DNA from: Myxococcales bacterium
GTDB lineage: Bacteria; Myxococcota_A; Polyangia; Polyangiales; Polyangiaceae
NCBI GenBank assembly: GCA_043747615.1
Contig: JAYTOU010000034.1
Span: forward strand, 1-21,880
Length of the DNA: 21,880 nt
Direction of reading: 5' to 3'
Shown here: piece after piece, positions 16,893 to 21,880 of the stretch
Position numbering within the stretch: position 1 is the first letter of the stretch
How the letters are laid out: each line of letters starts with the position of its first letter
Notes under the pieces: generated by a model
Database searches by the model: none
What the model was told of the DNA's origin: nothing
Seen by the model: the letters and a program-made list of their open reading frames with translations, nothing else
Position numbers and translations under genes: made by a program

Positions 16893-17975
16893 GTGGAGCG
16901 GTTCGCGCACAGGGTTCTTTCGGTCATTCCGCTTTCCATGGCGCTCGCCGGATGCGGCGTTCGTTACGCCGTGCCTCTCGAGCGCGCGCACGACGCACGC
17001 TTCGGATACCTCGCGGGTGGAGGAGCGGTCTCCTCCGCTGTGTGCCGAGATTGGTCGGCCACGTTCGCGCTCCGCGACCCCTACGCGGAATCGCACGTGT
17101 CGTACCCGGAGACCAATCCGGTCAGCTCCTGCTTCTCTCCAGTGATCCATGAGGGAGATACCGTCCGGGCCAGCGAAGCTCCGCGCGGTTGCGGGTTTCC
17201 GGCCGACGAGGAACGCATTCGAATGCGGGCTCTCGCGACCGCGCTCCAGAAGCTGGCGGACTCTGCCGACCTCACGCCAACCACCCTCTTTCCATGCGAG
17301 CTGACGGCTCCCCAGCGAAGGGCGGCAAGCTTGCATAATGCACGCACCTTGCTTCGCCTGGCCGAGCGTGAAGGCGCGTTTCCCTATGCCGCGGTGATCA
17401 CCCCCGGCCACGGGCTTCCGGCGCAGAACGAGTCGTCCATCCTCGGCTTCTTGCCGGGCGACGCGTGCTCCACGCTCAACGCGGGAGACCTTCACCGCTT
17501 CGGGGCCATGGTCCCGCGCGCGATCCGAGCGTCGCAGGCGATTCACGGCAACGTCGCCCCCGTGGTCATCGCCTCGGGGGGCGCGATTCATGGCCGCCTG
17601 GTCGAAGCATTCGCGCTGCTCTTTCTCCTTCAGTGCTTCACCGACGCGCCAGTCGAAAACGTCATCATCGAGCCGTGCGCGGATCACACTCACACCAACA
17701 TCCGGAACTCCGGCCGTTGGCTCACGGCGATGGGCGGGCGAGCCGGCTACCTCCTCACGGACAACTACATTCAGTCCGATTACTTTCAGGACTTCAGCGG
17801 CTTCGAGCTCCTCTTCGGAAGCATCGATCAACGCGCGCGTCGTGATTGGAGCTACGTGCTCGGCTCGTGGAGGCAGGCTTCGCAGGGCTCGAAATCAGGC
17901 TTCTGGTACACGCCGTATCGGTTCTGGGCTGAGCCGCGCGAGGGGCTGGGATCGCTCACCTGCGTAGGGGAGTAG
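16893..17975 (+). CDS. Lipoprotein with C-terminal DUF218/YdcF (ElyC/SanA-like) domain
   Basis: GAAAGG SD 6 nt before GTG 16893; lipobox LAGC; VITPG.G, VVIASGGAIH...EA, VIIEPCADHTHTNIRNS, LLTD follow the DUF218 pattern. Confidence 0.75.
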   Translation: MERFAHRVLSVIPLSMALAGCGVRYAVPLERAHDARFGYLAGGGAVSSAVCRDWSATFALRDPYAESHVSYPETNPVSSCFSPVIHEGDTVRASEAPRGCGFPADEERIRMRALATALQKLADSADLTPTTLFPCELTAPQRRAASLHNARTLLRLAEREGAFPYAAVITPGHGLPAQNESSILGFLPGDACSTLNAGDLHRFGAMVPRAIRASQAIHGNVAPVVIASGGAIHGRLVEAFALLFLLQCFTDAPVENVIIEPCADHTHTNIRNSGRWLTAMGGRAGYLLTDNYIQSDYFQDFSGFELLFGSIDQRARRDWSYVLGSWRQASQGSKSGFWYTPYRFWAEPREGLGSLTCVGE

Positions 17976-17983
17976 TCTCGGCT

Positions 17984-19171
17984 CTACGCGGCGAGGCGGT
18001 TGGGAAGCGAGAACTCGGCCGTGGCGCCTTGGAGGCCGATAGCGACCACGCGATCCCAGTAGCGAGAGCCGGTGACGATCGCTTGCCGGTTGGCCGCGGG
18101 GATTGAGGCGCGCACCTGCTCCGTTGCTCGGACCACGCGCTTGAGCATTCGCACCGCGTGTCTCCACGACGTGCGCTCGACGGCGAGGTCGTCGGCCATC
18201 GTGTCCCCCACCAACTCGCGACAGACCGCGTAACCAAACTGAATGCGGTGCCGCACGAGTGCTTTGTCCGTTGCAGTGGCCGCCCCCGTAGCGGACGATT
18301 CCATCAGCGCCCGAACGAGCGCGCGCGAGTCGTCGTCGGGTGGGCCTTGGGTTGCACTGATGATCTCGGCCAAGCGGTGCCCCTCGGCCTCGGAGGTCGG
18401 TTGAATTTCCGGATCGACGCCAATGAGGTGCCCTGCGTAACGCCACAGTTGCATGTAGTCGTCACCGTCGCGCGGGTTGATGCGCATTCCGAATTGGCGC
18501 ATCCCTTCGAGGACGACCAGCGAGAAGAGGAGCGTCGTTGCCGCCATGTCGTGCTGGTTGATCGGCGCGCCCCACTCCGCTGCGTTCCAGCGCCCCGACT
18601 TGAGAAGCATGTGCCGCACCTGAGCGTGAATGAGCCTTACTTTCAGGGTGATCTGGTATCCGTCAGCGAACGGACGCATCCCGCCCGGACGGCACACGGC
18701 CTGAACGAAGCGCGCGGTCTCGTTCAAGCGTCGCGCGGCCTGCTCACGCAAGCGACCGGACATGATGAGAGGCTTGTTCCCACCCGGCGAAGCATATCCA
18801 TAGACCAGCGACTTCGCTCCGAGCACGAGGCCACCGACCGGGCCAGCGCGAAAGAGCACCGAACCGCCGCGGTCGAGCGTCGGCCAATCCACCCACAACG
18901 GCACGCGTTCGGCCGCTTCGAAAAACGCGCGCAACGCCGGAGGTGGGTCGTCGACGCGATCGATTCCTTCTTTGAGCGCGCGCTCGATCATCTTCCAGCC
19001 GGCACCATCCGGAAGATCCCCGATCGAATCGATGACGGCGTCGGCGACGGGATCGACGCGCGAGAGGAATGGAACCAGGCGATCGACGCGGTCGCCGAAG
19101 CTTGCGCGGGCTTCGACAGCACGAACGAACCGTCGTGCGGGCGCGTCTGCTTCCCTAGGGGTAGGCTCCAT
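17984..19171 (-). CDS. MpaB/DUF2236 (latex-clearing-protein-like) heme oxygenase
   Basis: DPVADAV, P.WVDW, SLVYGYA, RRLNETARF, VRLIHAQVR (heme His), WGAPINQ.D, WRYAGHLIGV. No Tat/Sec signal. ATG 19171 (alternative TTG 19180). Confidence 0.9.
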   Translation of the reverse strand: MEPTPREADAPARRFVRAVEARASFGDRVDRLVPFLSRVDPVADAVIDSIGDLPDGAGWKMIERALKEGIDRVDDPPPALRAFFEAAERVPLWVDWPTLDRGGSVLFRAGPVGGLVLGAKSLVYGYASPGGNKPLIMSGRLREQAARRLNETARFVQAVCRPGGMRPFADGYQITLKVRLIHAQVRHMLLKSGRWNAAEWGAPINQHDMAATTLLFSLVVLEGMRQFGMRINPRDGDDYMQLWRYAGHLIGVDPEIQPTSEAEGHRLAEIISATQGPPDDDSRALVRALMESSATGAATATDKALVRHRIQFGYAVCRELVGDTMADDLAVERTSWRHAVRMLKRVVRATEQVRASIPAANRQAIVTGSRYWDRVVAIGLQGATAEFSLPNRLAA

Positions 19172-19178
19172 CTCCTTC

Positions 19179-19207
19179 AATTTAGGGCGAAACAGCGGAC
19201 GTGGCTA
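19179..19207 (-). promoter_or_regulatory. Sigma70-type promoter TAGCCA-N17-TAAATT for the oxygenase gene
   Basis: -35 at 19207-19202, -10 at 19184-19179, ATG 7 nt downstream. Confidence 0.55.
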
Positions 19208-19254
19208 GGTGTCGCCGGCGCTCGAGCGTACGATCCGAGGAGATGACGCGGCCG

Positions 19255-19491
19255 ATCCTTGGCGGGCTGCCTCATGGGCAGCGGCGTACCCGCGTGGTTC
19301 GGATCCTCGGCAGCACAACCGACCGGCATCGTCGTTGGCGTCACCTCGCAAATCCCGGTGCCCCGCGATCTGAGGGCGATACACGTGCTCACGAGATCGG
19401 TGCAATGGGTCTCAAGCTAGTTCCCCGAGCCTGCAGGCTCGAGCGTCTCGACCAAGCCAAAGACGCCGAAGAGGCTGCTGTCGTCGTGCGA
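19255..19491 (-). pseudogene. Possible decayed VOC/glyoxalase-family remnant
   Basis: Reads SHDDSSLFGVFGLVETLEPAGSGN*LETHCTDLVSTCIALRSRGTGICEVTPTTMPVGCAAEDPNHAGTPLPMRQPAKD with an in-frame TAG. The C.D....L.SRG....PT.MP.G...DP..G pattern resembles a VOC C-terminal half. Confidence 0.3.
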
Positions 19492-19493
19492 GA

Positions 19494-20330
19494 CTAGTCG
19501 AGGTGCTGGCACCGTGAGCAAAAGACCGTTGTTCGCCCTCCGAGAACGATGCGCGAGAGCGCTGTCTTCTTGCACCGCGGGCACGGCTTGCCGCCCCGAC
19601 CGTAGATACGAAACGGATTGGAGGCCTCTTTCGCGCCTTCCCGCTTCCCATCTTGGAGGTACGTGAGCTCGTCTCCGGTGGTGAGCGCGATCCCGGCGCG
19701 GAGCGAAGCGTCTACTCCTTTGGCGATCGCGCGGATGTGGGCGTCGCTGAGAGTGTTGGTGCGCGCGCGGGGATCGATCCGCGCCCTGAAGAGAGCCTCA
19801 GTCGCGTAGATATTTCCGACGCCCGCCAGGATCGATTGATCGAGGAGAGCCTCCTTGATCGTTTTTTTTCGGCCGCGAAGGGCGCGCGCAAACGTTGCCG
19901 GATCGATCCCGTCGAGAATCGGATCAGGGCCGAGGGCCGCCCACTCGGCGGTGTCCGCGCGGGCCACCACGAATCGCCCGAAGAGGCGCATGTCGAGGTA
20001 ACGCACCGTCGTCGTCCGCGCTCCCCGAGACAGAGTGAGGCGCACGCGCTCGAAGCGCTCGATCGGTGCATTGGCCTCGCGCTCGACCCACCGCCCGCTC
20101 ATGCCGAGGTGCGAAAACAGCTTTATTCTTGGGTGGAGCGTGATCCTCAACCATTTTCCCTTCCGGGTAACGTCGAGCACCTTCCGTCCGACGAGTGCAC
20201 GCTCGATCGATTTCACGGACGCGCCTCGCAGAATGCGCTCGTCGAAAATCTCGAGCGCGACGACTTTTCTCTTCGGCATCCAGGCGGCGAGCCGGCGACG
20301 CGCGAACTCCACCTCCGGCAACTCGGGCAT
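19494..20330 (-). CDS. mutM: Formamidopyrimidine-DNA glycosylase / AP lyase
   Basis: N-terminal PELPEVE, RKGKWL, HLGMSG, LGPDP, H2TH LLDQSILAGVGNIYATEALF, zinc finger CPRC...GRTTVFCSRCQ. Confidence 0.97.
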   Translation of the reverse strand: MPELPEVEFARRRLAAWMPKRKVVALEIFDERILRGASVKSIERALVGRKVLDVTRKGKWLRITLHPRIKLFSHLGMSGRWVEREANAPIERFERVRLTLSRGARTTTVRYLDMRLFGRFVVARADTAEWAALGPDPILDGIDPATFARALRGRKKTIKEALLDQSILAGVGNIYATEALFRARIDPRARTNTLSDAHIRAIAKGVDASLRAGIALTTGDELTYLQDGKREGAKEASNPFRIYGRGGKPCPRCKKTALSRIVLGGRTTVFCSRCQHLD

Positions 20331-20546
20331 TGGCCTTTCTAACCGACCTACCGTACCAAGGCGAAAGATCGCTCCGTCCGAAACGAATCGATCACGTGGT
20401 CCTTCGGTTCCGCCTTCGCTAAACCCGAAGCCGTTGTAGGGCGGATGCGCGTCGGGAACGAACGGTAGCCATGCCGCGCGTCACCCATAGCCACCTTTGC
20501 ACCCCTCTTCGACGCGCTCGCCCCCCACAAGATTTGCACGGCATCA

Positions 20547-21245
20547 TCAACCGATGGTGAGCCTCGCCTCTTGGGTGAGAGCGTTCTCGAGCGAGCGCAG
20601 GTAGTCGTCGCGCGTAAGCTCGATGCAACCGAGCGACTCGAGATGCTCGTTCATCACCTGCACGTCGAAGAGGACGAATCCTCCGGCCTTCAGCCGCTCC
20701 ACGATGGTGACGAAGGCCACCTTGGAGGCGTCCGTGCGGCGATGGAACATCGATTCACCGGCGAAAAGGCCGCCGATCGTGATGCCGTACATTCCGCCGA
20801 CGAGCTCCCGCGAGCCCGCTGCGTGCCGCTCCCATACCTCGATGCTGTGTGCCCAGCCGAGCTCGTGGAGTGCTTTGTAGCCTTCGATCAAATCTGGAAC
20901 GATCCACGTCCCGCCTTTGCGTTCCTCGCCGCACGCGCGCATGACGTCGGCGAAAGCCTCGTCGATCGTGATTTCGAAGCCGTGGGTGCGCATTCTTCGC
21001 CGGAGGCTTCGCGACCATTGCGTGGGCGCGTCGAGCGGAAAAATGGCCCGAGGATCCGGTGAAAACCACCCCACCAAATCACCGTCGTGCGGCCACGGAA
21101 AGATCCCGTGGCGGTAGGCGTCGATCACCGTTCCCGCACGAAAATCCGTCCCAACCGCGACGATGTCTCCGTCGATGTCTCGCGGGTCGGGAAAGACGAC
21201 GCCGGTCTTGCGCGGCTCTGTGGGCGGGAAAAGGGGCGGGCGCAG
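20547..21245 (-). CDS. aat: Leucyl/phenylalanyl-tRNA--protein transferase (probable CTG start, 232 aa)
   Basis: AYRHGIFPW, WFSPDPRA, TWI, GWAHSIEVW, LVGGMYG, FAGESMFH..TDASKVA, HLESLG. The conserved N-terminus FPDP..GDIVAVG.DF lies upstream of the first canonical start (GTG 21128). Confidence 0.93.
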   Translation of the reverse strand: MRPPLFPPTEPRKTGVVFPDPRDIDGDIVAVGTDFRAGTVIDAYRHGIFPWPHDGDLVGWFSPDPRAIFPLDAPTQWSRSLRRRMRTHGFEITIDEAFADVMRACGEERKGGTWIVPDLIEGYKALHELGWAHSIEVWERHAAGSRELVGGMYGITIGGLFAGESMFHRRTDASKVAFVTIVERLKAGGFVLFDVQVMNEHLESLGCIELTRDDYLRSLENALTQEARLTIG

Positions 21246-21298
21246 ACCTGGCAGTATGCTGCATGTGGACGCGGTCGTGCTATCTGCAGAGGCGTAAA

Positions 21299-21880
21299 AT
21301 GCGCACGCTCGTCCTTGCCGACCTTCACCTAACGCGCTCCACGCCGTCGCAGGTGACGAACGATCTCGCGAAGCTCGTGACCACTCATCCGGGAAGCCGG
21401 ATCATCTTTGCGGGTGATCTCCTCGATCTTTCCGCGGAAGCGCCACCCGAAGGCACACGCGCGCCTTCTGCAGAGGAGGCGCTCTCCTCGCATGCGGGGG
21501 TGCGCGCGGCGCTGGGTCGTCACCTCGACGGAGGAGGGGAGCTGTGGCTCGCAGGTGGCAATCACGACGCCGACGTAGGTCGCCAAGGCTTCGCCGAGCT
21601 GCTCGGTGCATCGCTCGGCATCTCCTCGCAGGCTCGCGCTCGGATCAAGACGTCACCCTGGTTTTTCCGGCATGGCGGCCTTCATGTCGAGCACGGCCAT
21701 CTCTACGATCCCGACAACGCCCCCGCGCATCCGCTCGTCTCCGGGGAGTCATGCCTCGGGGTTCACTTCGTCGAAGAGTTCATCGCTCCCACGCGTGCGC
21801 ACGCCTATCTCAACGCCAACGACGGCACGCCCCTCAAGATGTTCTTGAGCTCGTTTCGTTTGTACGGCGTGCGCGCGCCG
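21299..21880 (+). CDS. Calcineurin-like metallophosphoesterase (LpxH-like motif set), 3' end outside window
   Basis: Absent from the ORF track because it has no stop in the window. MRTLVLADLHL (DxH), FAGDLLD (GDxxD), GGNHD, PWFF...VEHGHLYD; frame open from ATG 21299 to the window end. Confidence 0.9.
   Translation, partial: MRTLVLADLHLTRSTPSQVTNDLAKLVTTHPGSRIIFAGDLLDLSAEAPPEGTRAPSAEEALSSHAGVRAALGRHLDGGGELWLAGGNHDADVGRQGFAELLGASLGISSQARARIKTSPWFFRHGGLHVEHGHLYDPDNAPAHPLVSGESCLGVHFVEEFIAPTRAHAYLNANDGTPLKMFLSSFRLYGVRAP

Noticed and set aside
19426..19441. Perfect 16-bp palindrome CGAGCCTGCAGGCTCG
   Set aside because: Single GC-rich copy with no U-tract and no second site noticed; no function can be supported.
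21329..21848. ORFs 21329..21586(-), 21402..21611(-) and 21606..21848(+)
   Set aside because: Shadows of the metallophosphoesterase frame starting at 21299.

Overview
GC-rich bacterial window whose gene content points to a myxobacterium (Myxococcota, probably Polyangiaceae-like; inference). 1-1763 is a decayed patch: the 3' end and right terminus of an IS256-family element inserted into an S53 (sedolisin) peptidase gene that also carries a large in-frame internal deletion, plus a frameshifted gene remnant. 1792-7876 holds a three-domain S1 protein, an ExbD-like lipoprotein, two EEP-family phosphoesterases, a stand-alone receiver, an unannotated 43-aa ORF, a lipoprotein, an SDR and an alpha/beta hydrolase. 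The centrepiece (8022-17975) is a tightly coupled six-gene lipid operon resembling the myxobacterial elb ether-lipid cluster. It encodes a HAD phosphatase, a LarA/DUF2088 protein retaining nickel-pincer ligands, a 1552-aa ElbD-like enzyme (FAR-ACS-ACP-acyltransferase plus a C-terminal SCP2-like domain), an extended SDR, a DAG-kinase-family enzyme and a DUF218 lipoprotein. It is followed by an MpaB/Lcp-type oxygenase, mutM, aat (apparently initiating at CTG) and a metallophosphoesterase running off the end. Across the window, many first-in-unit genes have a -10 hexamer 7-9 nt before the start codon, suggesting pervasive leaderless translation.
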